Virus record (IMG/VR): IMGVR_UViG_3300020045_013484
Location: 1-34,444 of that record
From: a virus
Taxonomy: Duplodnaviria > Caudoviricetes
Direction: 5' to 3' (one strand)
Length of the DNA stretch: 34,444 nucleotides
Below the pieces are notes generated by a model. The model ran no database searches, was not told the origin of the DNA, and saw only the letters and a list, made by a program, of their open reading frames with translations. The position numbers and the translations under genes were made by a program. Below, in pieces: positions 7,665-15,561 of this stretch. Each line of letters starts with the position of its first letter. Position 1 is the stretch's first letter.

Positions 7665-7844
7665 TCATTTTATAACTGCTGTATTAATTTGTTTATAAAA
7701 TAAATAAACTTTTTCTTTTTTAACTTCTAAACTATCATATTTCATTCTTAGTTCTCCGTAAATTAAAAATTTTTCACCTTTTTCAACTACAGTTTTGCAT
7801 TCTTTTTTTTGCAGCATAATTTTTAAAATATCTTTATCGTCCAT
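7665..7844 (-). CDS. Small hypothetical protein (59 aa)
   Basis: AGGAGGA RBS, MDDKDILKIMLQKKECK...; below the ORF-track size cutoff. Confidence 0.7.
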   Translation of the reverse strand: MDDKDILKIMLQKKECKTVVEKGEKFLIYGELRMKYDSLEVKKEKVYLFYKQINTAVIK

Positions 7845-7864
7845 ATATCCTCCTAAATTATTTT

Positions 7865-8308
7865 TTATAAATCTAACTTATAAAATAAAGCCCAAAGCCC
7901 TTTTTCATTAAGAAGCTCTAAAGCTTCTTTTCTTCTTCTGTGCATTGTAGCACTTGAAAGATTAAGTTCTTCTTGTATTTGATTATTGGTTTTATTTTCA
8001 ATGTAACCTAAATTGATAACTCCAAATAATTCATCTCCGTTTTTTTCCTGCTTTAATTCTGCAATTTCTGAAAGTATTTGGTCTGCAATTTTTTTCGTTT
8101 CTGCTGCTTTTTGAAGCAATTCTTCTTTTTTTATAATTGATAATTCTAAAGCTGCATTTCCTGTTATGTATTTACATGAACGTTTTCCTTCGCCTATACC
8201 ATTATAAGAAATCGCTTTTAAAGTTTCTATTTCAGCGTTAGCACAAACTATTAAAGACTTTTCTTTGTTTCTAATCTTTTTGTAATTCTTTAAAACCTGT
8301 TCGACCAT
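7865..8308 (-). CDS. RinA/ArpU-like late transcriptional activator
   Basis: C-terminal sigma70-r4-like HTH (KTNNQIQEELNLSSATMHRRRKEAL) after an N-terminal coiled coil. Confidence 0.7.
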   Translation of the reverse strand: MVEQVLKNYKKIRNKEKSLIVCANAEIETLKAISYNGIGEGKRSCKYITGNAALELSIIKKEELLQKAAETKKIADQILSEIAELKQEKNGDELFGVINLGYIENKTNNQIQEELNLSSATMHRRRKEALELLNEKGLWALFYKLDL

Positions 8309-8380
8309 TTGAACAACTCCCTATTTTTATAAAGTGCCAACGCTGACACTTTTAAAATTATAAGTGTCTTTATGACACAA

Positions 8381-9238
8381 TTAAGCTAAAAAATTTCTGA
8401 ATTTATCCTTATCTATTTTCCTTCTACTTTCCCCTATTACTGCAATTGGATAACACATTTCAATTATCCTATCCCTAATACGTCCTTTACTATCAAAGTT
8501 TTTTATAAATTCACATTGGCTTTTATCTATTGAAAAATTTAAATTTGTAGTAATTATCATGCTTTTTTCTGCTCTGTATCTAGTATCAATCAAACTGAAT
8601 AGTTTTTCCTCAACCCATTCACTATATTTTTCAGTTCCTAGGTCATCTAAACACAATAAATCAACTTCTCTAACTGCTTTTAGTATTTCTTCCTCAACCT
8701 TTGGAGCTTCGTTTAAATCGATTTTGAGCTTGTTTAAATACTGCTTTAAACTCATAACTAATACAGTTTTTTTATTTTCGATTAAATAATTAGTAACAAA
8801 AGCCATTAAAGTTGTTTTCCCTGTTCCTGCATTCCCATGCAACAAAACCCCTTGAGCTTCATCTTTTATAAGAAAAACTTTTGCGTACTTAAACATTGTA
8901 TTCTCGTATTTATCCATTGTTTCAATATCTGAAAATTTTGCTTTTTCAAACTTTGTATCTATTACTGAAATTTCTTTATATTTTTTATTAAAATTTCCCA
9001 TGGCTTTCAATCTGTTTTCTTCTATTGTTTTTTCAATTGTTAAACTAATTTCTTTGTTTTTTTCTTCCTCAACTTTATCAGCATAACAATTACAGTTTGG
9101 CATATAGAAATAAATTATTTTGTCGCTCCCTCTATCACGAGTTAAAAAACTCATAAAACTAGGAATTTCAATATATTCTATTCCACATTTTTCGCAAATA
9201 CATTTTTCTTTTGCTTTAAAATAAAACTCTTTTTTCAA
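8381..9238 (-). CDS. DnaC/IstB-like AAA+ helicase loader
   Basis: CEKC...CNC zinc motif, Walker A GNAGTGKT, Walker B LLCLDDLG, IITTN. Confidence 0.92.
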   Translation of the reverse strand: MKKEFYFKAKEKCICEKCGIEYIEIPSFMSFLTRDRGSDKIIYFYMPNCNCYADKVEEEKNKEISLTIEKTIEENRLKAMGNFNKKYKEISVIDTKFEKAKFSDIETMDKYENTMFKYAKVFLIKDEAQGVLLHGNAGTGKTTLMAFVTNYLIENKKTVLVMSLKQYLNKLKIDLNEAPKVEEEILKAVREVDLLCLDDLGTEKYSEWVEEKLFSLIDTRYRAEKSMIITTNLNFSIDKSQCEFIKNFDSKGRIRDRIIEMCYPIAVIGESRRKIDKDKFRNFLA

Positions 9239-9239
9239 T

Positions 9240-10025
9240 TTACACCTCTTCTAAAACATCATTAAAACTTGTATCATGTTTTGTTTCTTCATAATTTCCT
9301 ATTTTTTGAGGTTCTACTACTGGAGCAACTTCTTTATAAACTTCATCTAAATAATCAGCACAAATTAAATCTTCGCTATCTTTTTTCTTTTGTCCGAAAA
9401 GCTCTGATAAAGGTCTAATTTTTATTTTGTAATCTCCTTTATTTTTTGTAGCTTCAACCTTCTTACTGTGACGGTCTATAATTCTTAATAAATACTTTAA
9501 GTCTAATTTATAGGTCTTAATAGCTTTATCAATTGCTTTTCGTATTGGTATAGTTAATTCTTTATGCTTTATTAAATTTGGTTTTGTTAAATAATAGTTA
9601 TAAACATATATATATATATTTATATCTGTGTTTATATCTGTGTTTATATCTGGTATTGGTTCCACGGTTTGCGTATTTCCATTTAACGTTCCCGTTAAAT
9701 CCATTTCACCGTTTGCGTAAATGCATTTCACCGTTTTGGTTAGTGCATACCATTTTGTACGGTCATAAGAAAGCTTGTTAAAATTTCCAGTTTTAACTGC
9801 TCCTTTTTCTTCAAGACTTTTTAAAATTCTCTCTATTTGTCTTGGTGTCCAGTAAGGAAATAATTTTGTAAAAGCTTTAACAGAATTATAAGTCCAGTAA
9901 TCTCCTTCATAAAAATGTTTTTCATTGGCTTCATTTTTTTCTATCCAAAAGTACAAATTTTCAATTATTATGGCATTTTCAACGCCATATAATTTAGCTG
10001 CTGTAACATTAAAACTATGATTCAT
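9240..10025 (-). CDS. Phage replication initiator (replisome organizer, wHTH)
   Basis: HSFNV..AKLYG...YWTYNS...FPYW...DRTKWY N-terminal pattern; lies upstream of the DnaC-like gene; contains internal repeats. Confidence 0.85.
   Translation of the reverse strand: MNHSFNVTAAKLYGVENAIIIENLYFWIEKNEANEKHFYEGDYWTYNSVKAFTKLFPYWTPRQIERILKSLEEKGAVKTGNFNKLSYDRTKWYALTKTVKCIYANGEMDLTGTLNGNTQTVEPIPDINTDINTDINIYIYVYNYYLTKPNLIKHKELTIPIRKAIDKAIKTYKLDLKYLLRIIDRHSKKVEATKNKGDYKIKIRPLSELFGQKKKDSEDLICADYLDEVYKEVAPVVEPQKIGNYEETKHDTSFNDVLEEV
9605..9745. other. Putative replication origin inside the initiator gene
   Basis: (AT)n run; 12-bp repeats TTTATATCTGTG (9619-9652); 22-bp-period iterons (CATTTCACCGTTT at 9702 and 9724; GTTTGCGTA at 9667 and 9711). 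Confidence 0.65.
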
Positions 10026-10176
10026 GTATACTCCTTTCTTTTATATTATTTTGAAACTTTTCATCTTGTTTTGTGTCTTTAAGACACTTTTCAATTAAAA
10101 AAAAATTTGCAAAATCTAAAGCTAAACTATTAAAGTTTATATCTTTTTTTGTGTAAAAATTTTCAAAAGTTCTCAT
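10015..10176 (-). CDS. Small hypothetical protein
   Basis: AAGGGGA RBS before ATG at 10176. Confidence 0.55.
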   Translation of the reverse strand: MRTFENFYTKKDINFNSLALDFANFFLIEKCLKDTKQDEKFQNNIKERSIHES

Positions 10177-10186
10177 AAATTTCCCC

Positions 10187-10372
10187 TTAAAATAATTCTT
10201 CAATACTCCTATTGAAGTATTTTGATATTTTTTTCAAATTCAAAATAGAAGGTTCTCTATGACCTATCTCGTAACAAGCATAAGTACTTCTATTGATTCC
10301 AAGTTCTTTTGCCACTTGGTCTTGTGACAACTTTTTTTCTTTTCTAGCTGCAATTAATCTTTCTTTCCTCAC
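10187..10372 (-). CDS. Xre/Cro-family HTH regulator
   Basis: RKEKKLSQDQVAKELGINRSTYACYEIGHREPS; AAGGAGGT RBS. Confidence 0.93.
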   Translation of the reverse strand: MRKERLIAARKEKKLSQDQVAKELGINRSTYACYEIGHREPSILNLKKISKYFNRSIEELF

Positions 10373-10423
10373 AGTACCTCCTTGTTATAGAGCAACTTAT
10401 TACAAAAGTTGACCTTTAGAAAC

Positions 10424-10454
10424 ATTTTAATCTATTTAGTTACTAAAAGCAACA
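10424..10454 (-). promoter_or_regulatory. Sigma-A promoter of the HTH/replication operon with overlapping operator
   Basis: TTGCTT-17-TAAAAT (10452-10424); GTTGC-N5-GTAAC over the -35. Confidence 0.7.
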
Positions 10455-10480
10455 TCTTTTTGAAAACTTTTACACATTTA

Positions 10481-10606
10481 TTATAATGCTCCTAATTTTT
10501 TTAATTCTTCAAAAGTACAGTTTTTACCGTACTTATGCATAAGAACTCTTAAATCCATTTGAATAAACCACCAATTTGATTTTACTGTTGTTTTTCTTTT
10601 CCCCAT
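10481..10606 (-). CDS. Small hypothetical protein (41 aa)
   Basis: GGGGGT RBS, MGKRKTTVKSNWWFIQ... Confidence 0.55.
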   Translation of the reverse strand: MGKRKTTVKSNWWFIQMDLRVLMHKYGKNCTFEELKKLGAL

Positions 10607-10628
10607 TGTGCATACCCCCATAAATTTT

Positions 10629-10790
10629 TTATTTATTTTTACATAATTTCATTTGTTTAAATTGTTTATTTATAAGTTTTGCTTGTTTTTCTCCTGTAAG
10701 GTTTTTAATCTCTTGCTTCATAGCTCTGAAATAATATATTCTTTCAGCTAATGCTAACTTTAAAAGTTCTTTATTATTTAGTAGTACCAT
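10629..10790 (-). CDS. Small hypothetical protein (53 aa)
   Basis: AGGGGGT RBS, MVLLNNKELLKLALAERI... Confidence 0.65.
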   Translation of the reverse strand: MVLLNNKELLKLALAERIYYFRAMKQEIKNLTGEKQAKLINKQFKQMKLCKNK

Positions 10791-10852
10791 TTTTACCCCC
10801 TGTTAAATTTAATTACTTAATACCTCCCTCACTTGAGAGAAGCATTAAATAA

Positions 10853-11074
10853 TTAAATCCATTTTCCATTACCTAAAAAATGTTTGTGATTTTCTACAAA
10901 TTTTATACATTCTTTTCTATATTGTTCTTTATCACTATAATTTTTTGAATGTATTTCAATTTCGTTTGGCACTTCGTATAAACTAATTTTTTCATCATCA
11001 GTCATTGTTATAAACTCAAATAATTTACCTTTTTTTAAATCATGTAAAATTTCATCTTTAAAAGACATTTTCAT
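10853..11074 (-). CDS. Early hypothetical protein
   Basis: 73-aa ORF between hairpin repeats, AGGGGGT RBS. Confidence 0.7.
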   Translation of the reverse strand: MKMSFKDEILHDLKKGKLFEFITMTDDEKISLYEVPNEIEIHSKNYSDKEQYRKECIKFVENHKHFLGNGKWI

Positions 11075-11133
11075 TACCCCCTGTTTAATTTAATTACTTA
11101 ATACCGAGCTTGTGTAAGCCCAGCATTAAAGAA

Positions 11134-11826
11134 TTAATAATCTGCATTTGATAATCTAGTATTGCAATCATCTTCGTAAATCTCTAAACCGATAATGTTT
11201 GTTTTATTGAAATATGCTTTTAAAAGTCTTTTTTCAAAAGAATCCATTATTCCTAACCTAAATAGTCCTTTAACTTCTTTGCTTTCAATTTTTAAATCTA
11301 ATAATTTATTTGTTTTTTTACATATTCTAAATATATATTTAGCATTATATTTACTATATACTCCACTATCTTCATCTATGTAAATAGACGCCCAAGCATG
11401 AAATTCATTATCAATTTCTAAAAAGAAATGTTTATCATAGTCATCTTCATCATCATTCATATTACTTTTTCTAAAATTTTCTATTAAGTCCACTAACTGT
11501 ATTTCCTGTTCTGTTTCAAAAAATTCTTTTGTACTTTCATATACCAAATTTTGTAATTCATTCTTTTCTATACAATCCATAACATTTATAATTTGTTCTT
11601 TAAAAAACTCTCCGTATCCCTTAAAAGTAATATTTTTTACCTCTTCGCCTGCTGTTTCAATAAATTTCTTTTCAATAATTTTTCTAAAATCCCAACTTTC
11701 TAACGAATTTTTTATTGATTTGTTTAAAGTTTCTTCAAGCCCTTTTCTTATTTGCTGTCTTACAAAATCCTCATTCTCTAATTTTTTTAACTCTTCTTGA
11801 TAAATTTCAGAAACATTGATATTCAT
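11134..11826 (-). CDS. Early acidic hypothetical protein
   Basis: 230-aa ORF between identical repeats, GGAGGT RBS. Confidence 0.85.
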   Translation of the reverse strand: MNINVSEIYQEELKKLENEDFVRQQIRKGLEETLNKSIKNSLESWDFRKIIEKKFIETAGEEVKNITFKGYGEFFKEQIINVMDCIEKNELQNLVYESTKEFFETEQEIQLVDLIENFRKSNMNDDEDDYDKHFFLEIDNEFHAWASIYIDEDSGVYSKYNAKYIFRICKKTNKLLDLKIESKEVKGLFRLGIMDSFEKRLLKAYFNKTNIIGLEIYEDDCNTRLSNADY

Positions 11827-11909
11827 TGTGTAACCTCCAGTTTAAAGCCAATTAGGCTATTTAATTACTTAATACCGAGCTTGTGTAAGCCCAGCATTAA
11901 AGAATTAAA

Positions 11910-12143
11910 CTAATTTTCTTTAATTTCTTTTAAAACAAACCCTTGCTCTTGTTCACTTTTTAAAAAGAATTGAAACCAATCTTCTAATTCTTCAATATTT
12001 TTTAACTTTTTAGTTAAAGAATTTGCAGGGTCATACCCTGATATAAAAAAATTATAAGATACTTTAAAATACATATCTTTTGTTTCATAAGAGATAAAAC
12101 ACTCGTCTTTTTTATCGTTAATTAATAAAGCTCTTTTTTTCAT
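11910..12143 (-). CDS. Early hypothetical protein
   Basis: AAGGAG RBS before ATG at 12143. Confidence 0.7.
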   Translation of the reverse strand: MKKRALLINDKKDECFISYETKDMYFKVSYNFFISGYDPANSLTKKLKNIEELEDWFQFFLKSEQEQGFVLKEIKEN

Positions 12144-12210
12144 CTTAACCACTCCTTTTTATTTAATTGCTTAATACCTCCCCCAGCAGGAGAAGCATTA
12201 AAGAATTAAA

Positions 12211-12507
12211 TTACTCTCCCATATATTCAATCACTTGTTTTGTACACTCTTCAAAATTTCCATTTTCATCAACTTTATAATCTTCTTCACAGGTAAATAT
12301 GAAGCATTGTGGATTTTCACTTTTAGTTTCCCAACCCTTTAACTCATAACATATTTGGTATCTAGCCCAATCCTTACCACTTGTCAAAAGTTCTTTATTA
12401 GCTGTTTCAATTTCTGTTTTTACTTCTTCCCATATTGGATTTTCAATTCTTGCTCTTTTGTTATAATCTTCTTTAAACTCTTCAAAACTTTTGTATTCTT
12501 TTTCCAT
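12211..12507 (-). CDS. First early hypothetical protein
   Basis: Acidic ORF just downstream of the leftward promoter; start uncertain (12507, 12513 or 12546). Confidence 0.7.
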   Translation of the reverse strand: MEKEYKSFEEFKEDYNKRARIENPIWEEVKTEIETANKELLTSGKDWARYQICYELKGWETKSENPQCFIFTCEEDYKVDENGNFEECTKQVIEYMGE

Positions 12508-12560
12508 TTTCATTACCGCCAGTTTTATTTGTGTCGCTTTACGCAACTTCTTATATAATA

Positions 12561-12591
12561 AGTATATTACATTTTTCTACAAATTGCAACA
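12561..12591 (-). promoter_or_regulatory. Leftward early sigma-A promoter with operator
   Basis: TTGCAA-17-TATACT (12589-12561); TGTTGC-AATTT-GTAGA over the -35. Confidence 0.75.
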
Positions 12592-12651
12592 ATTATTTTA
12601 CTTTTTTTACAAGTTTTTACATTATATTTTATGAACTATTGATTCTATTAG

Positions 12652-12682
12652 TGTTGCAATGAGCAACAATTTAATATATAAT
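12652..12682 (+). promoter_or_regulatory. Integrase sigma-A promoter with palindromic operator
   Basis: TTGCAA-17-TATAAT (12654-12682); TGTTGC-AATGA-GCAACA (12652-12668). Confidence 0.8.
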
Positions 12683-12712
12683 GTAATTAATAAATAAGAA
12701 TGAGGTTTTAAA

Positions 12713-14239
12713 ATGAAGGCTTTTATATATTGTAGGTATTCAAGTGACAATCAAAATTTCTTATCAATCGAAGCTCAAAACAGGGCAATAGAGGAATTTT
12801 GCATTAAAGAAGATATTCAAATAATAAAAAAATATTATGATGAAGCTCAATCAGCTAGAACTGACAACCGAACTAATTTTTTATTAATGTTTGATGAAAT
12901 GTTAATATATAAACCCGATTATGTAATAGTTCATAAATTAGATAGATTTGCACGTAATCGTTATGATAGTGCTTTTTATAGAAAAAAATTAGAAAACAAC
13001 GGCACAAAATTAATATCAGTTTTAGAGCCAAACGAAGATACTCCAGAAAATTTAATTTTAACTGGAATACTTGAAACCATGGCCGAGTATTACTCTAAAA
13101 ATTTGGCTAGAGAAGTAAAAAAAGGAATGAAGGAAACTGCTCTACAATGTAAACACAATGGAGGAACTGCTCCGACTGGCTATGATGTTGCAAAAGATAA
13201 AACTTATATAATAAATGAAAATGAATCTGAAATAGTGAGAAATATTTTTAAATTATACTTAGAAAATTTTGGTTATATAGGAATTTCAAAAGAATTGAAT
13301 GCATTAGGATTTAAGACAAAAAAAGGCGTGCCATTTGGTAAAAATTCTATTCGTAAAATTTTAACTAATGAAAAATATACAGGGCTTTTTATATTTGCTA
13401 AAGGCAAGGAAAATGAAATAAAAATAGAAAATGGAATCCCTCAAATTATAGACCAAGAAACTTTTCAAAAGGTTCAACATAAACTTAGTTTACATAAGCC
13501 AAAACCAAGGGTAAATCAAAAAAACTATTTCATGTTAACAGGATATATAAAGTGTGGAGAATGTGGAGGGGCTTTTGTAGGAAATAGTACTGCTGCTGGA
13601 AGGAATAACAAAAGATATAATATATATACTTGCAGCACTAAAATAAATAAAAAGACCTGTAAAAATAAAGATATTAGGCAAGAACTTATAGAAAGTTATG
13701 TAATTGAAGAATTGCAAAATAAAGTTTTTTCAGATAATGCAATAAATGAGATTGCCGAAAAAATGATTAAATATACTAAGATTGAAATGAGTGGACAAAT
13801 AGAAGAAAAAAGCAGGCTTGAAGAAGCTAAAAAACAAACTCAAATTAAAATTGATAAACTCTTTGATTTATACCTTGATGGAGATATTGAAAAAAGTGCT
13901 ATATCTGAAAAGATAAACACTCTTAAAAACGATTTAAACGGCATTTCTGAACGTTTGTTTAAGTTAGACGTGTCTTTTGTTGGGAAGATAGACAAAAACG
14001 CTTTTGTGGCATTCTTGAAGCTCTCACGAGATACTTTAAAAGACAATGACACAAAAATTAAAAGAAAGATAATAGAAACCTTTGTTGAAAAAATTATAGT
14101 TTTTGACAAAAAAGTGGAAGTCTATTTTAATATTACTGATAAGGTTGGTGGAGGCGAGGGGCTACATAGACTATCAGTAAAAATAAAGGGTTCAATTTCA
14201 AAAAAAGACTTGTTTAATATACTTAAAAAAAGTGCATAG
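12713..14239 (+). CDS. int: Large serine recombinase (integrase)
   Basis: YCRYSS catalytic Ser, VHKLDRFARN, recombinase domain, CGECG...C...C zinc ribbon, coiled coil. Confidence 0.97.
   Translation: MKAFIYCRYSSDNQNFLSIEAQNRAIEEFCIKEDIQIIKKYYDEAQSARTDNRTNFLLMFDEMLIYKPDYVIVHKLDRFARNRYDSAFYRKKLENNGTKLISVLEPNEDTPENLILTGILETMAEYYSKNLAREVKKGMKETALQCKHNGGTAPTGYDVAKDKTYIINENESEIVRNIFKLYLENFGYIGISKELNALGFKTKKGVPFGKNSIRKILTNEKYTGLFIFAKGKENEIKIENGIPQIIDQETFQKVQHKLSLHKPKPRVNQKNYFMLTGYIKCGECGGAFVGNSTAAGRNNKRYNIYTCSTKINKKTCKNKDIRQELIESYVIEELQNKVFSDNAINEIAEKMIKYTKIEMSGQIEEKSRLEEAKKQTQIKIDKLFDLYLDGDIEKSAISEKINTLKNDLNGISERLFKLDVSFVGKIDKNAFVAFLKLSRDTLKDNDTKIKRKIIETFVEKIIVFDKKVEVYFNITDKVGGGEGLHRLSVKIKGSISKKDLFNILKKSA
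14133..14180. other. attP inside the integrase gene; core resembles a tmRNA 3' end
   Basis: Perfect 9-bp inverted repeat TTACTGATA/TATCAGTAA bounding 48 bp; centre lies in TGGTGGAGGCGAGGGG (reverse complement CCCCTCGCCTCCACCA). Confidence 0.8.
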
Positions 14240-14246
14240 GAAATAT

Positions 14247-14273
14247 AAAAAAAGTGCCATTGCTGGCACTTTT
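14247..14273. terminator. Bidirectional intrinsic terminator between int and the endolysin gene
   Basis: AAAAGTGCCA-TTGC-TGGCACTTTT between convergent genes. Confidence 0.8.
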
Positions 14274-14284
14274 AATTTTAACTA

Positions 14285-14875
14285 TTAAACTTTTATTATA
14301 GTTCCTTCAAATCCTGCTTTTTTAAGTTTTTCAATTAATGCTTTTGCATTTGCTTCATCTTTAAAAGCTCCTACTTGAACTTTGTAAATAGAATTTACCT
14401 TTGGAACTTCTACAAGCTTCGCCTTAAAAGCTTTCCACCTAGCCCAATCGTTTAAGCTAAAACTAGCAGGGCAATTCTTACCCGAAGCGTCAAAATGTCT
14501 TACAATGCTTTCTAGTGGTATATTGTATTTTTTCATTAATGACTTAACAAGCTCAATTGTATTTGCTTCTGTGATAGGTGTAACAGTTCCATTAACTCTG
14601 CACATTTCAATCCCTATTGAATTGTGATTTGTTATAATCTTAGTGCCTTTATTATCTCCAACGTGCCAAGCTGCATTTAAATCCTCTACTACTTGGACAA
14701 TTGAATCATTATCTACAAAATAATGGGCTGAAGCATTTCTTCCGTCAACTGAAAAATAATTTGCGTTTGCTTCTGCTGAATCTGTAGTATTTCCAGTATC
14801 ATGAATAACAATATATTTTATATTGTTATCATCTGAATGATTGAATTTTGAGTTTTTTTTTGTAATTGGTAACAT
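14285..14875 (-). CDS. Endolysin: N-acetylmuramoyl-L-alanine amidase (Amidase_2) plus SPOR domain
   Basis: YIVIHDT, ASAHYFVD, AWHVG, SIGIEMC, RHFDASGKNCP; C-terminal YKVQVGAFKDEANA. Confidence 0.95.
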   Translation of the reverse strand: MLPITKKNSKFNHSDDNNIKYIVIHDTGNTTDSAEANANYFSVDGRNASAHYFVDNDSIVQVVEDLNAAWHVGDNKGTKIITNHNSIGIEMCRVNGTVTPITEANTIELVKSLMKKYNIPLESIVRHFDASGKNCPASFSLNDWARWKAFKAKLVEVPKVNSIYKVQVGAFKDEANAKALIEKLKKAGFEGTIIKV

Positions 14876-14911
14876 GAAATCACTCCTAAAATTTTATTTT
14901 TTGTAATAAAA

Positions 14912-14934
14912 AAAAGTGCCACGGTGGCACTTTT
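14912..14934. repeat. GTGCCACSGTGGCAC palindrome, copy 1 (terminator-like on the minus strand)
   Basis: Core 14916-14930, followed by U8 on the minus strand. Confidence 0.85.
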
Positions 14935-15126
14935 CTATTTTTCTATTTTTTCATTAGTATTTTTCCCATGCTGATAATTGAAATAATTATTAAGAACTAA
15001 AATAATAATACCTGTTACAGTTTCCCTTTCAAGTTTTCCTTGAAGTGCTAAAACTGCAAAAACAAATATAATTATTAGAGTTATAATGCTTTTAATTTCT
15101 AATAATTTCATAAGTTTTTCTCTCAT
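14935..15126 (-). CDS. Holin
   Basis: 63 aa, two hydrophobic segments, charged tail, immediately upstream of the endolysin. Confidence 0.8.
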   Translation of the reverse strand: MREKLMKLLEIKSIITLIIIFVFAVLALQGKLERETVTGIIILVLNNYFNYQHGKNTNEKIEK

Positions 15127-15512
15127 AGTTTTACTCCTAGTTTCATAAATACGGCTCCCATAACTGCCCCAACTATAGCGATTAAAATATAATTTTTAAC
15201 TTGTTTTTCTCTTTCGTGCGCTTCTTTCCCTGGCTCTCTTTCAAGAGTGTCAATTCTGTCCTCGTGGTCTTTAAAATTAGTTGAAAAGTCTTTAAATTGC
15301 TCTGCCATGCTTTCAACTGCCACACCTAGCTTATATATTGCTAAAGTTTGCTCCCCGATTTCATTCAGTCTTTTGTGAGCTGACTTTGTAGAACTCTCGA
15401 ACTCTTTAGCTTGTAGTTGTAGCTCTATTGTTATATCTTTCAACTTTTCGACATCTTCTTCCGATTTCTCAAGTCTGAATGTGTGTTCTAATTGGCATTT
15501 CCCGCAATCCAT
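15123..15512 (-). CDS. XhlA-like lysis-associated coiled-coil membrane protein
   Basis: SAHKRLNE motif, coiled coil, C-terminal TM helix, in the lysis cassette. Confidence 0.65.
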   Translation of the reverse strand: MDCGKCQLEHTFRLEKSEEDVEKLKDITIELQLQAKEFESSTKSAHKRLNEIGEQTLAIYKLGVAVESMAEQFKDFSTNFKDHEDRIDTLEREPGKEAHEREKQVKNYILIAIVGAVMGAVFMKLGVKL

Positions 15513-15538
15513 TCTTTCCCCTTTCTAGTATTAAGCAT

Positions 15539-15561
15539 AAAAAAGAGTGTATAAGCACTCT
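15539..15561 (-). terminator. Intrinsic terminator after the tail genes
   Basis: AGAGTG-CTTATA-CACTCT followed by a T run. Confidence 0.55.

Larger units (their letters stand above)
10807..12211 (-). repeat. Four ~50-bp intergenic hairpin repeats (10807-10858, 11088-11137, 11859-11909, 12161-12211)
   Basis: Plus-strand consensus ATTTAATTRCTTAATACC-N15/16-AGCATTAAAKAATTAA; the two middle copies are identical over 50 bp. Confidence 0.92.

Noticed and set aside
7803-7810. Suspected homopolymer frameshift in the 7665..7844 gene
   Set aside because: Re-translation shows an intact 59-aa ORF.
10807-12211. Repeats as a CRISPR array or classical integron attC sites
   Set aside because: The spacers are whole genes of 230-720 bp and there are no cas genes. 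There are no RYYYAAC/GTTRRRY boxes and no IntI-type integrase.
14146-14161. tRNA/tmRNA gene
   Set aside because: Only the last 16 nt are present, with no T-loop or upstream body. Interpreted as the att core.
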